Shown here piece by piece: positions 1-9,511 of a DNA stretch of 64,000 bases. A program made the translations under genes and the position numbers. How positions within the stretch are numbered: position 1 is the stretch's first letter; each line of letters starts with the position of its first letter. Source of the DNA: Bacteroidales bacterium (GTDB lineage: Bacteria > Bacteroidota > Bacteroidia > Bacteroidales > UBA3824); assembly GCA_017962175.1 (NCBI GenBank), contig JAGCVU010000003.1, forward strand, positions 21-64,020. The letters are read 5' to 3'. The notes beneath the pieces are model-generated. The model was not told the DNA's origin, did not search any database, and saw only the letters and a program-made list of their open reading frames with translations.

Positions 1-609
1 AATTTTAACTCGGATTTTGGTGCCGAGGGGTAGAAAAATGTCGGCGCGTGAACCAAATTTTATAAAGCCGAATTGCTGACCTTGTTTTGCAGTGTCGCCT
101 TCGTTGAGCGGGGCTACAATGCGGCGAGCCATAAATCCTGCTATCTGTCGAAACATTATGTCGATGCTGTCTTTGGTGCGTACGGCTATGGTGGTGCGTT
201 CGTTGTCGGTAGATGATTTGGGATGTGCTGCCAAAAGGTATTTGCCTTCGTGATGACGGAAATATACCACCTCGCCGGATACAGGCCAACGGTTTGAGTG
301 AACGTTCCAAACCGACATAAATACCGACACTTGAATGCGTTTGTCTTTGAAATATTCAGGTTCTTCCACTTCCTCTATGGCAACCACTTCACCATCGGCA
401 GGGGAGAGGATAACGTATGGATTCTCAACCACATGGCGTTTGGGGTCGCGGAAAAACTGCAATACTAATATCAGCAGAAACAACGAACCGAGTTGCAATA
501 TGTAGCCCGGAATTTTGTATTCGCCAAAAAAGTGAAAGTATAGCCAATTGACTAAGATTATAAATAATACTACGATTAAAATGGTTATGTATCCTTCTTT
601 GTGTATCAT
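1..609 (-). CDS. psd: phosphatidylserine decarboxylase proenzyme; C-terminal end runs off the window
   Basis: Absent from the ORF track because there is no stop in the window. Hand translation from ATG at 609-607 gives MIHKEGYITILIVVLFIILVNWL...PEYFKDKRIQVSVFMSVWNVHSNRWPVSGEVVYFRHHEGK...GFIKFGSRADIFLPLGTKIRVKI. It has the HxNRxPxxG motif and an FGS self-cleavage-type motif, and lies directly downstream of cdsA. Confidence 0.85.
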   Translation of the reverse strand, partial: MIHKEGYITILIVVLFIILVNWLYFHFFGEYKIPGYILQLGSLFLLILVLQFFRDPKRHVVENPYVILSPADGEVVAIEEVEEPEYFKDKRIQVSVFMSVWNVHSNRWPVSGEVVYFRHHEGKYLLAAHPKSSTDNERTTIAVRTKDSIDIMFRQIAGFMARRIVAPLNEGDTAKQGQQFGFIKFGSRADIFLPLGTKIRVKI

Positions 610-622
610 ATTATGTTTTGTT

Positions 623-1444
623 TTATTCCATTAATATTGTGCAGGCGTAGACTGGTATCGACGCCAAAAGTGCGCTATCGAAACGGTCTAACACTCCGCC
701 GTGTCCGGGTAGGAGAGTGCCTGAGTCTTTGATGCCTACGTTTCGCTTAATCATTGATTCTGCCAAGTCGCCAAGAACCGCAAATGTGATGCATACCGCT
801 GCAATTATCAGCCATTGCGGTAGCGAGTAGATTCCTGCCAAATAGTATACGGGAACGGCTGCTGCAAGTGTGAGAACAATGCCGCCAACAAGTCCCTCAA
901 CCGATTTTTTTGGAGAAATTCGCGGTATAAGTTTGTGTTTGCCAAAGAGCGTACCGGCGCAGTAAGCACCTGTGTCTGCCACCCAGATGAATATGAAAAA
1001 GCACAGTAATATTTTGCCGTTAAATTCGTGAGTGCCGGGCAGATAGAGCATATTGCTAAACAAACCCATCGGCAGAGCGGTATAAAGTACGCCAAATATT
1101 GTGTGCGACCAATTGTCAAGCGGTGTCTCTTTTTTGCGGTAGATTTCAATCACGGGCACAATGCAAAACGCTGCTGCCACAAGCACGAGATATTTTGCCG
1201 GAATGGTGCCGTCGGCTATGAAAAAGAGTGCCGAGAATAGTATAATCGATAATGCAACACCTGTAACCGATTGTGGATCACATCCTTTTGCTCTGCATAT
1301 TCTGTAATATTCAAGCACTCCAGCCACGGTGAAAAAACCGAATACCGCCAAAAATATCCATCGGCTAACTATTGCTGATGATATTACCAACGCCAAAAAT
1401 AGCGCTCCTGTGATTATTCTCGTTACTAAATTATTCGTTTTCAC
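623..1444 (-). CDS. cdsA: phosphatidate cytidylyltransferase (CDP-diglyceride synthase)
   Basis: 273 aa polytopic membrane ORF. The C-terminal block SxxKRxxGxKDSGxLLPGHGGxLDRxDS is the CdsA signature. Confidence 0.9.
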   Translation of the reverse strand: MKTNNLVTRIITGALFLALVISSAIVSRWIFLAVFGFFTVAGVLEYYRICRAKGCDPQSVTGVALSIILFSALFFIADGTIPAKYLVLVAAAFCIVPVIEIYRKKETPLDNWSHTIFGVLYTALPMGLFSNMLYLPGTHEFNGKILLCFFIFIWVADTGAYCAGTLFGKHKLIPRISPKKSVEGLVGGIVLTLAAAVPVYYLAGIYSLPQWLIIAAVCITFAVLGDLAESMIKRNVGIKDSGTLLPGHGGVLDRFDSALLASIPVYACTILME

Positions 1445-2390
1445 TTCCGGGTAGGTTGTTTAGAATCTCAACGGCGGCATCGTAGTTGAGGTCGTCTACA
1501 TAGAGGTCAACGTCGAATATAAAGTTAAAACTACGGTCTAAGCGTGTGATTGTAACTGCCTCAATTCCTGCTTTTTCCAAAACTGCAATGGCGTAGTCGG
1601 CTTCGATTTGCGAGGTGTAGGTGGCAGTTTTTTTCCACTCTTTTTTCTCGTTGATGAGCGAAATGGCTTTCTCCTCATTGCTGCACTCTACATACAAATC
1701 GTAATTGCCGTTGTTGTTGACAATTATAGAGCGAATATCGTGTTTGCCAAGGAGGTTTTCACGAATTTCGGCTCGGTGAAGCATTGTGTATTGGCTTATC
1801 TTAATCCAGCCGATGAGGTCGGCAAGTGTTTGACGTGCGTTTTCAAGGTCGGGAGTCTTAACGTAGATGTCAATTTCCGACTTCATATATTGCTCGTCGC
1901 GTTTTTTGATTACGATTGTAGGAATGTGTTTTTCGGCAAGCAACTCCACACGGAATCTTGTTTGACGTGTGCGGAAGCAGGTTTCCAATAGGCTCCAGCC
2001 TTCAAGTTTTTCTCCGCTGAGGAATGGCTGTGTGCGCTCAATGTCGTCGGTGGGCACAAACAACTCGTAGTTGTTGAGCACGTAGCGGGGGTTGCTGCAT
2101 TTTTTGATTTCTGCCTGAATATTGTTTTGAACAAGTATGTCGCGAAGGTTTTCAAGCGGTTTCGACAGTATAAACGAATCCACTTTGGTAAGGCCGTGAA
2201 ACTCTTCGATTATGGCGTGTGCCATTTTCTCGTCTTCTTTCCTTACATATAGTTCGTATTCGCCAATGAGAAAAAGACTGTCTTTGGCGTTGATTACCAC
2301 TGCGTTGATATTGTTCTGCTCTAATATAGTTTTGCGAATCTCCGCCTGATGCGGGCGGTCGAATGATTCAAGTTTTACCCAATCTTCCAT
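1431..2390 (-). CDS. hypothetical protein built of five tandem DUF2007-like (putative signal-transducing, PII-like) modules
   Basis: 319 aa with five ~60-65 aa repeats. Each repeat ends in a [YI][ED]L[YF]V...[ED]...A motif: YELYVRKEDEKMAHAII, YELFVPTDDIERTQPFL, IDIYVKTPDLENARQTL, YDLYVECSNEEKAISLI, VDLYVDDLNYDAAVEIL. It overlaps the cdsA start by 14 nt. Confidence 0.6.
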   Translation of the reverse strand: MEDWVKLESFDRPHQAEIRKTILEQNNINAVVINAKDSLFLIGEYELYVRKEDEKMAHAIIEEFHGLTKVDSFILSKPLENLRDILVQNNIQAEIKKCSNPRYVLNNYELFVPTDDIERTQPFLSGEKLEGWSLLETCFRTRQTRFRVELLAEKHIPTIVIKKRDEQYMKSEIDIYVKTPDLENARQTLADLIGWIKISQYTMLHRAEIRENLLGKHDIRSIIVNNNGNYDLYVECSNEEKAISLINEKKEWKKTATYTSQIEADYAIAVLEKAGIEAVTITRLDRSFNFIFDVDLYVDDLNYDAAVEILNNLPGSENE

Positions 2391-2434
2391 AATATTACAA
2401 ATTAGTAGTTATGTGTATTTGTACGTATTATTTA

Positions 2435-4483
2435 TTATAATGTTTTAGTAGGCGGCGGAGTATCATCATCGTCGGGATCCTGGAGCGCAGACGGCTCGTC
2501 TGCGTTATTATCAGTATTATTTTTCACTTCATTACTAATCCCATACAATGCTTCTTCCTGTCGTTTATTTGCAAATTTGCGTTTGCCAAATATGCGTTCA
2601 ACGTCTTCGGTGAAGATTACCTCACGTTCCAATAGTTGCTGTGCCAATTGTGCAAGTTGGTCTTTGTGTTCTGCGATAATCTCTTTGGCACGAGTGTAAA
2701 CTTTGTCAACAAGTTCTTTGGCTTCTTCGTCGATAACCTCGGCGGTGCGTTCGCTATAAGGTTTTTGGAATGAGTATTCGCCGTTGTTGGCATTGTAGAA
2801 ACTTATGTTGCCCACTTTGCTGCTCATACCGTAAACCGAAACCATTGCGTAGGCATATTTGGTAACACGTTCAAGGTCGTTGAGTGCGCCAGTGGATATT
2901 TTGCCAAAATTGATTTCTTCGGATGCACGACCTGCTACAAGTGCGCACATTTCGTCTAACATCTGCTCTTTGGTGGTGATTTGACGCTCTTCGGGCAAAT
3001 ACCATGCTGCGCCGAGAGCCTTGCCACGGGGAACAATTGTAACCTTGATAAGTGGTTGAGCATTTTCCAAAAGCCATGATACTGTGGCGTGACCTGCCTC
3101 GTGAAATGCTATGGTGCGTTTTTCTTGCTCGGTGATAATCTTGTTTTTCTTTTCGAGACCACCGATAATGCGGTCAACAGCGTCTAAAAAGTCTTGACGA
3201 CCAACAGTTTCTCTATTGTTGCGAGCGGCTATAAGGGCTGCTTCGTTGCAAACGTTGGCAATGTCGGCGCCTGAGAATCCCGGTGTCTGTTTTGCAAGAA
3301 GATTAACATCGAGTTCGGGGTCGGTTTTCAACGGTTTTAGGTGAACGCCAAATATTTCGCCACGCTCGTTGAGGTCGGGAAGGTCGATGATTATCTGACG
3401 GTCGAAACGTCCGGCACGCATCAATGCAGGGTCTAACACGTCGGAACGGTTTGTGGCGGCTATCATAATAATTCCGTTGTTGGTTTCAAAACCGTCCATT
3501 TCGGTAAGCAACTGGTTGAGAGTGCTTTCGCGTTCGTCGTTGCTGTGGAAACTTAAACTATTGCCACGAGCGCGACCAATTGCGTCAATCTCGTCGATAA
3601 ATATGATACAAGGTGCTTTTTGTTTTGCTTGTGCAAAAAGGTCTCTTACACGCGATGCACCCACGCCCACAAACATCTCCACAAAGTCGCTACCCGACAT
3701 TGAGAAAAACGGCACGTCGGCTTCACCTGCTACGGCTTTTGCCAACAATGTTTTACCTGTACCGGGAGGACCTACGAGCAATGCGCCCTTAGGAATTTTT
3801 CCACCTAAGCGTGTATATTTTTGAGGATTTTTCAAAAAGTCTACTATTTCTGTTACCTCTGTTTTGGCTTCTTTAAGTCCTGCAACATCGGCAAATGTAA
3901 TTTTCGATATAGTTTCGCCCTTGTCGAACATTTTGGCGCGAGATTTTCCCATGCTGAAAATGCCACCTCCGGCACCGCCGCCAATTCTGCGGAACATAAA
4001 AATCCATATTCCCACAATAATCAAAAGCGGTAATACCCAGCCAATTATGTCGCCAATATAGTCGGGACGGCTTTCGCTTTCAAACACAATTCTTTCGCTT
4101 TCGGGAGTATCTTTTTGTGCTTCGGCAAGCCTTGTTCCAAATTCTTCGGGCGACGAAATCTGATAGTAGAAGTGCGGTCCGTTTAATGGAATCTTCTTTT
4201 CGCGAAGGTATTTGTATTTGTCGGTGTTGTAAACATCTTCTTTTAATATAATGTGTGCCTTCTCCTTGTTTACCACCACAATACGTTTGATGTCGTGGTT
4301 TTGGAGCATGGTTTTCATATCTTCCCAGTAGATAGTCTGCGGCGAACCGGCAGGATTGTAAAACTGGAACATTATGATGCATAGCGTGGCTATGGCAAAT
4401 ATCCAAAATATGGCGTTGTTCTTGCCGTTGTTCGGTTTGTTGGGCCTAAACGGCGGGGGAGTGGGTTGTTTATTTTCCTCCAT
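2435..4483 (-). CDS. ftsH: ATP-dependent zinc metalloprotease FtsH
   Basis: 682 aa. It has Walker [14 protein letters not shown], Walker [10 protein letters not shown], the second region of homology, the zinc motif HEAGHA, and two N-terminal TM segments. Confidence 0.95.
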   Translation of the reverse strand: MEENKQPTPPPFRPNKPNNGKNNAIFWIFAIATLCIIMFQFYNPAGSPQTIYWEDMKTMLQNHDIKRIVVVNKEKAHIILKEDVYNTDKYKYLREKKIPLNGPHFYYQISSPEEFGTRLAEAQKDTPESERIVFESESRPDYIGDIIGWVLPLLIIVGIWIFMFRRIGGGAGGGIFSMGKSRAKMFDKGETISKITFADVAGLKEAKTEVTEIVDFLKNPQKYTRLGGKIPKGALLVGPPGTGKTLLAKAVAGEADVPFFSMSGSDFVEMFVGVGASRVRDLFAQAKQKAPCIIFIDEIDAIGRARGNSLSFHSNDERESTLNQLLTEMDGFETNNGIIMIAATNRSDVLDPALMRAGRFDRQIIIDLPDLNERGEIFGVHLKPLKTDPELDVNLLAKQTPGFSGADIANVCNEAALIAARNNRETVGRQDFLDAVDRIIGGLEKKNKIITEQEKRTIAFHEAGHATVSWLLENAQPLIKVTIVPRGKALGAAWYLPEERQITTKEQMLDEMCALVAGRASEEINFGKISTGALNDLERVTKYAYAMVSVYGMSSKVGNISFYNANNGEYSFQKPYSERTAEVIDEEAKELVDKVYTRAKEIIAEHKDQLAQLAQQLLEREVIFTEDVERIFGKRKFANKRQEEALYGISNEVKNNTDNNADEPSALQDPDDDDTPPPTKTL

Positions 4484-4518
4484 TTTTATATATTATATAG
4501 TGTACAGATGTGTTTCGG

Positions 4519-4908
4519 TTATTTTTTGAAATTGTCGTCGTCGGGATAGTCGGTGCGAGGTGCGTCTGCCCAAAGACTTTCTAAGCGGTAAAATTCTCGG
4601 GCCTCTGAAAGAAACACGTGAACCACCACGTTGATATAGTCTAAGAGAATCCATTGTGCATTTTCGCGACCGTGGATATGAACGGGCTTTTCGCCGGAAT
4701 TTTCGCGCACATAGTCGTCTACCTCGTCGGCAATGGCAAGCACCTGACGTGGATTATCGGCTTCGCAAATCACAAAAAAGTCGCAGATGCTACCTGCAGT
4801 CTGCCTCATATCTAACTTTACAGTCTTCTGTCCTTTCTTTTCTTTAATCGCCGCCACTGCTATCTCTGCAAGTACGTCGCTTGTTATCTCTGTTGTTTTT
4901 TTTGTCAT
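4519..4908 (-). CDS. rsfS: ribosomal silencing factor RsfS
   Basis: RsfS/Iojap-like core (KKGxxxxxLDxxxxxxxxDYFVICxxxxxRQVxAIAD...WILLDYxxVVVHVF). The start was trimmed to the MTKKTTEI ATG at 4908; a TATATTTG -7 box lies about 50 nt upstream. Confidence 0.85.
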   Translation of the reverse strand: MTKKTTEITSDVLAEIAVAAIKEKKGQKTVKLDMRQTAGSICDFFVICEADNPRQVLAIADEVDDYVRENSGEKPVHIHGRENAQWILLDYINVVVHVFLSEAREFYRLESLWADAPRTDYPDDDNFKK

Positions 4909-4959
4909 TTTGTAATTATCAATATGTTGGCTGCAATTTGCAACCTTTTTTTCAATCTG

Positions 4960-4967
4960 CAAATATA
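4960..4967 (-). promoter_or_regulatory. Bacteroidota -7 box (TATATTTG on the minus strand) for rsfS-ftsH
   Basis: The plus strand reads CAAATATA, whose reverse complement TATATTTG matches TAnnTTTG. It lies 52 nt upstream of the proposed rsfS start. Confidence 0.5.
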
Positions 4968-5007
4968 CGTTTATTAATTAAAATATAAAAGCAAAGGTTG
5001 AAAATAT

Positions 5008-5790
5008 TTACGATATTGAGTTGGTTAACTCCACAAAATCTTCTACCGACAATTGTTCGGGGCGCAATGTAAGAAACCGTTCTTGTGCGGCACTACCGTT
5101 GAGATGCTGCGACAGTGAATTGCGCAACATTTTTCTGCGCATGCCAAACGATTCTTTTACAATTCGGCGGAAAAGTGCTTCGTCGCAGGGAAGATTTTGA
5201 CGACCGTTGCGTTTTAGGCGAATAACTGCACTCTGAACCTTGGGCGGAGGGTTAAACTTGCTACGGTCTACTCCAAACAGATATTCAATATCGTAATAGG
5301 CTTGTAGAAAAACACTTAAAATGCCGTATTCCTTAGTGCCGGGACCATTGGCAATGCGTTCGGCTACTTCGCGTTGAAGCATGCAAACCACTTCGCGCAC
5401 TTGGTTTTTGTGGTCTAAGATTTTAAAAAATATCTGACTTGAAATGTTGTATGGGAAATTTCCGCAGATTATAGGAAAACTTTTGGGCAACAATTCGTTA
5501 AGGTTTACTTTGAGAAAGTCGCCGCCTATGATTCGGTTTTCGTTGTAAAGTGTTGGGAAATTGGCACAAAGATATTCCACGCTTTCGCGGTCAATTTCTA
5601 TAACGCTGAGGTCGATATCGCTTCGATTAATCAAAAACTGTGTTAAAACACCTGTGCCGGGACCAATCTCTAAACATACAGGTTTATTGCCGTCGGTAGA
5701 GGTGTATGTGATGCTGTCGGCAATGCGCTTGGCTATATTCAGGTCGGTAAGGAAATGCTGACCGAGGTTTTTCTTGGGTTTTACGTACAT
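5008..5790 (-). CDS. rsmA: 16S rRNA (adenine1518/1519-N6)-dimethyltransferase
   Basis: KKxLGQHFL and SAM-binding EIGPGxGxLT motifs. The start was trimmed to MYVKPKKNLGQHFL (ATG at 5790). The upstream extension in the track overlaps the neighbouring gene. Confidence 0.9.
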   Translation of the reverse strand: MYVKPKKNLGQHFLTDLNIAKRIADSITYTSTDGNKPVCLEIGPGTGVLTQFLINRSDIDLSVIEIDRESVEYLCANFPTLYNENRIIGGDFLKVNLNELLPKSFPIICGNFPYNISSQIFFKILDHKNQVREVVCMLQREVAERIANGPGTKEYGILSVFLQAYYDIEYLFGVDRSKFNPPPKVQSAVIRLKRNGRQNLPCDEALFRRIVKESFGMRRKMLRNSLSQHLNGSAAQERFLTLRPEQLSVEDFVELTNSIS

Positions 5791-5810
5791 ATATATTTTT
5801 TTATTGATTG

Positions 5811-5818
5811 CAAAGATA
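5811..5818 (-). promoter_or_regulatory. -7 box (TATCTTTG on the minus strand) for rsmA
   Basis: The plus strand reads CAAAGATA, about 20 nt upstream of the rsmA ATG. Confidence 0.5.
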
Positions 5819-5846
5819 CTATATTTATTGTTTTCCAAAAAAAATT

Positions 5847-8423
5847 TTAGAACGGATATCCGATACCCAAGCAGAATGCCCAATTGCTTTTGCGGAACAT
5901 GAATTTGCTGTCGTCTTTCACAAGCCAACGACTTCCTTCGGCTACTGAGGGGTCGTGAAGTTTGAGACCAAAATCGGTGCGGAAGATGAAGAAATCGAAA
6001 TCAAGTCTAAGTCCCAATCCTGTGCCCACTGCAATCTCTTTGTAGAAACGTTTGAAATCAAAGTCGCCACCTGTACGGCGGTCGTCGGCATTGATGCTCC
6101 AGATGTTGCCGGCATCCACAAACCATGCGCCTTCTATCACCCAGAATACTTTGAAACGATATTCAAGGTTGGCTTCGAGTTTCATATCGGAGGTCATGTT
6201 GGGAAATTGCTTCTGCATTTCTGTTTCGGCATCTTGTTTTGAAGAGTAACAACCCGGACCAACGCTTCTTATCTGCCATGCTCTCAAACTGTTGGCACCA
6301 CCTGAAAAATATTGCTCGGTAAATGGCATTGAGTTGCTGTTGCCGTAGGGGAGACCCACGCCCAAATATCCGCGAAGTGCCATGGTGGTGTTGTCGGAGG
6401 TTTTTACATAGTGACGATAATCTATGTCGGTTTTGATAAATTGTGCGTACATGGTATTGACCAACGGCACGGTGTAAGCGCCTTCATCGTTTTTCTCTGA
6501 TTTAAGTTTGTTGTTGGCAAGTTGCAGAAGGTTGCCTGCCCAACTTACGTTGAGTTTTAGATAGTCGTAGTTTCGTTTGCCGCTACTCTGGTTGTTGAAT
6601 GTGATGCTGTAGGTGCTACCGAGAATAAAATGGTCTTGGTAAGAGTCTTTGATATAGAGTTTTTCGAGCCAACGCATAAAGGTGCTGTCGGTTTTTGAAA
6701 TATGTATTGAACTCAAACGCAACGGTGTGAAAGTGTGAGTGTAATATTTGCCCACTTGCCATTGGTAATAAAGATTGGCATTAACCATAGAACGAGTGTA
6801 GTCGGGACGAGACCGATAGTTGATACCAGCCGAAAAATATGTTCGCGGAGTGTTGTCGCGGAAAAAGTCGCGCAAAAATTTGAATAACAATAGACGGGGG
6901 AAATATAATCTTGCCTCTAATCCGTATTCTTGAGTGTTGAGATGTAGTTTCAACTGTTCGGAGCCGAGGTTGTTTTGACTTTCGAGAGCCACCGACACTT
7001 TCATGTCGAATGTTTCCGCACCGTGAAAAATGTTTTTGTGCTGATATGTGAGCGACGATGCCGCACCGAGGTTTCCCGACGAGTTGGTGCCGCCAATTTC
7101 AAAAATATACGCCTGCAACATATTGTTGGTGAGGTAGATATTGCAGTTGAGCGAATCTCGCGCCGGAGCGGGTGTAAACTCAATGTTTACCATCTTGTAC
7201 ATATTAAATGCCGAAAGGTGTCGGTAGGTGTTGGTAACATCGTTTTGCCTAAACATATCGCCGGGACGTACAAACACCTCATTGGCAACCACATCGGGAC
7301 GAACATCATAACCGCCGTGCCTTACAAAATATATCGGACTACCTTTAAAATTGTACAATGTGGTGTCGGTGTCGTCAAAATAATCATCGCCGTCTACCAA
7401 TGCTTGCTTACCGTTGTGGTTTGGAAACACTGCCACTTGAGAAATGAATTGTCGGCGGTGATTTACAGTAAGGTTGTTGTCAAGAGTGATGGGCATAATT
7501 TGTACTGTGAGGTCGGCTTTATGACCTTTGCCCAAAGTGTCGATTTGATAAGATATGTAACTTTTTGCAAATGAGTAATAACCGTTGTTTTTAAGGTGTG
7601 CGGTAATGCGATCTTGCTCGGCACGCAACACATCGGCATCGAGATTGTTGCCTCGTTTGATAAGGCAATTGATGGTGTCGGCGGCAACGTATTTTCTTAG
7701 AGTGTCTTCTAAAATATCGTAACTGATATTGCTGATAGTGATAGGAGTACCGGCGTGAATGTTGTACACCACTGACATATTACGACGTTTAACTTTTTCG
7801 GTATAATCCACCTTGGCATCGTAAAAACCTTTGTTGCACATATATAAACGTATTTGCTCAGCCGATTTTGCCGACTGTATAGCATTGTATTTTACGGGTT
7901 CTTCGCCGATGTTTTGGATGAAAATGGGCAGGCTAAACTTTTTTGTTTTTTCTGAATAGCCCTTGTTGCGCAGTGCTTTTGATTTTTCGATACACCTTAT
8001 ATATTTATCTTCGTATTTTCTGCCTTTTGACGAATCGCCCTGACGATAGTATGCACTGGCTTTGGCGTTGTAGTCGCGAGCACGGGTTTTGTATGCAGAA
8101 ATTTTGTCTTCGTGTTTAATTCTTAAATTATTGTTTTTTTCATCCAATTCTTTTTGTATCTTTGCCTTGCGGATTTCGTTTTTCTGAGGGTCTACGCTGT
8201 TGTAGATTCGCGAATATAGAGCAAATCCAAAAATTGAGCGTACCGGTTTCTGACGAATGTATTCTTCGGTTTCGGTTGCATCAATTTGTTTAGTGTCGCA
8301 TTCTACCGACACATTGGTGAGCAGTTTATCGTCTTCTGCAAAGTATTTTGTGGGGCTACAACCCCATAACGAGACCGCTGCCGCCGATGCCAATATGGCA
8401 AAATATTTGATAGAACTCTTCAT
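5847..8423 (-). CDS. Omp85 (BamA/TamA) family outer-membrane protein, lipoprotein-type signal
   Basis: 858 aa from MKSSIKYFAILASAAAVSLWGCS (lipobox). The C-terminal bacterial-surface-antigen barrel ends ...CLGIGYPF with a terminal aromatic residue. It carries a Lys/Arg-rich insert near the N-terminus. Confidence 0.75.
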   Translation of the reverse strand: MKSSIKYFAILASAAAVSLWGCSPTKYFAEDDKLLTNVSVECDTKQIDATETEEYIRQKPVRSIFGFALYSRIYNSVDPQKNEIRKAKIQKELDEKNNNLRIKHEDKISAYKTRARDYNAKASAYYRQGDSSKGRKYEDKYIRCIEKSKALRNKGYSEKTKKFSLPIFIQNIGEEPVKYNAIQSAKSAEQIRLYMCNKGFYDAKVDYTEKVKRRNMSVVYNIHAGTPITISNISYDILEDTLRKYVAADTINCLIKRGNNLDADVLRAEQDRITAHLKNNGYYSFAKSYISYQIDTLGKGHKADLTVQIMPITLDNNLTVNHRRQFISQVAVFPNHNGKQALVDGDDYFDDTDTTLYNFKGSPIYFVRHGGYDVRPDVVANEVFVRPGDMFRQNDVTNTYRHLSAFNMYKMVNIEFTPAPARDSLNCNIYLTNNMLQAYIFEIGGTNSSGNLGAASSLTYQHKNIFHGAETFDMKVSVALESQNNLGSEQLKLHLNTQEYGLEARLYFPRLLLFKFLRDFFRDNTPRTYFSAGINYRSRPDYTRSMVNANLYYQWQVGKYYTHTFTPLRLSSIHISKTDSTFMRWLEKLYIKDSYQDHFILGSTYSITFNNQSSGKRNYDYLKLNVSWAGNLLQLANNKLKSEKNDEGAYTVPLVNTMYAQFIKTDIDYRHYVKTSDNTTMALRGYLGVGLPYGNSNSMPFTEQYFSGGANSLRAWQIRSVGPGCYSSKQDAETEMQKQFPNMTSDMKLEANLEYRFKVFWVIEGAWFVDAGNIWSINADDRRTGGDFDFKRFYKEIAVGTGLGLRLDFDFFIFRTDFGLKLHDPSVAEGSRWLVKDDSKFMFRKSNWAFCLGIGYPF

Positions 8424-8468
8424 AGGAGTACGAGATGATGGTTGAAAACTCAATGCAAAATTACAAAT

Positions 8469-9233
8469 ATGCTAAGCAAAAATAGAATAAAACAGATTAA
8501 TTCTCTGCAAATAAAAAAATACCGTCAAGAAAGCGGCACATTTGTGGCTGAAGGTACCAAGGTGGTGCTTGAGCTTCTTCGGTCTGATATGCGTATAAAA
8601 GAGATTTTTGCAGTGCCGGAATGGATTAGCAACTATGCCGACCGGTTTAAGAGCACAGTAATAACGGCTGTTAACGCAGTGGAAATACGTAAACTATCGG
8701 CTATGACCACAGCTTGCAGTGTGGTGGCCGAGGTGTACGCTCCAAAACAACCATCGTTGCCTGAAATCAAACGCGGACAACTTTATCTCGCCCTCGACGG
8801 CGTGCGCGACCCCGGAAATCTTGGAACCATTCTCCGTATTGCCAATTGGTATGGCATAAGTACGGTATTTGCTTCGCGCGATTGTGCCGATATGTTTAAC
8901 CCCAAGGTAGTTCAGGCGGCTATGGGTTCGGCATTTAGAGTAAAACTTGAATATTGCGACCTTCCTCAAGTGCTTGCCACTGCCCGTAGTGCGGGTGTGG
9001 ATGTGTTTGGTACATTTATGGACGGCGAAAATATATACGAAACCAACAAGGAAAACGGTGGAATAATTGTGATGGGCAACGAGGGTCACGGCATTTCGTC
9101 AGAGGTGGAGACCACCGTTTCGCGGCGAATTGCCATACCTTGCGGTTGCGATCCTAAGTTTGCACCCGAAAGTCTCAACGTTTCTTCGGCTGCAGCTATA
9201 GTTTGCAACGAATTTTACCGTTCAAAAAAGTAA
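8469..9233 (+). CDS. TrmH/SpoU-family RNA 2'-O-methyltransferase
   Basis: Substrate-binding N-domain (FVAEGxK) followed by SpoU motifs DGVRDPGNLGTILRIA, GNEGHGIS and SLNVSSAAAI. The start was placed at MLSKNRIKQI. Confidence 0.8.
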   Translation: MLSKNRIKQINSLQIKKYRQESGTFVAEGTKVVLELLRSDMRIKEIFAVPEWISNYADRFKSTVITAVNAVEIRKLSAMTTACSVVAEVYAPKQPSLPEIKRGQLYLALDGVRDPGNLGTILRIANWYGISTVFASRDCADMFNPKVVQAAMGSAFRVKLEYCDLPQVLATARSAGVDVFGTFMDGENIYETNKENGGIIVMGNEGHGISSEVETTVSRRIAIPCGCDPKFAPESLNVSSAAAIVCNEFYRSKK

Positions 9234-9327
9234 AAATTTTGCATTTGTAATTAACTGTATTTCAATGAAAAGTAATTTTTTTTGAAAAAACTTTCAAAAA
9301 AATTGCAACATATTCAAAAATACACCG

Positions 9328-9335
9328 TACATTTG
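9328..9335 (+). promoter_or_regulatory. orphan -7 box TACATTTG with a TTG about 21 nt upstream
   Basis: TACATTTG matches TAnnTTTG. No plus-strand CDS follows; only an intrinsic terminator about 55 nt downstream. Confidence 0.35.
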
Positions 9336-9385
9336 CACAGAGATTGTTTAGAGGTAGTAGATTAGTTAATAGTTAGTTTTTTTTG

Positions 9386-9415
9386 AAGCGGGACTTTTAG
9401 TTCCCGCTTTTTTTA
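9386..9415 (+). terminator. Rho-independent terminator
   Basis: Stem AAGCGGGA / TCCCGCTT (8 bp) with an 8-nt loop, followed by a T run. Confidence 0.7.
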
Positions 9416-9456
9416 TGCCCATCATCAATGTCCTTACGGACATTTTTTATGGGCAT
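9415..9456. repeat. compound palindrome (ATGCCCAT...ATGGGCAT enclosing ATGTCC-TTAC-GGACAT)
   Basis: Read directly from the sequence. Nested inverted repeats in an intergenic region. Confidence 0.6.
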
Positions 9457-9460
9457 AGTT

Positions 9461-9484
9461 ACAGAAATGCCGTCTTCCAGACGG
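9461..9484. repeat. copy 1 of the ACAGAAATRCCGTCTTCCAGACGG palindromic repeat
   Basis: ACAGAAATGCCGTCTTCCAGACGG, with hairpin CCGTCT-TCC-AGACGG. The second copy is at 19843-19866. Confidence 0.7.
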
Positions 9485-9511
9485 AAGGGGGCATGTATAG
9501 AATGAAAAATA

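Noticed and set aside
5-310. 101-aa minus-strand ORF listed in the track at the left edge
   Set aside because: It lies out of frame inside the psd coding region. The psd frame gives clean family motifs, whereas this ORF is Arg/Ser/His-rich with no motif.
5791-5928. N-terminal extension of rsmA that overlaps the Omp85 gene's 3' end
   Set aside because: The KsgA motif KKxLGQHFL follows directly after the internal Met. A TATCTTTG box also lies within the extension.
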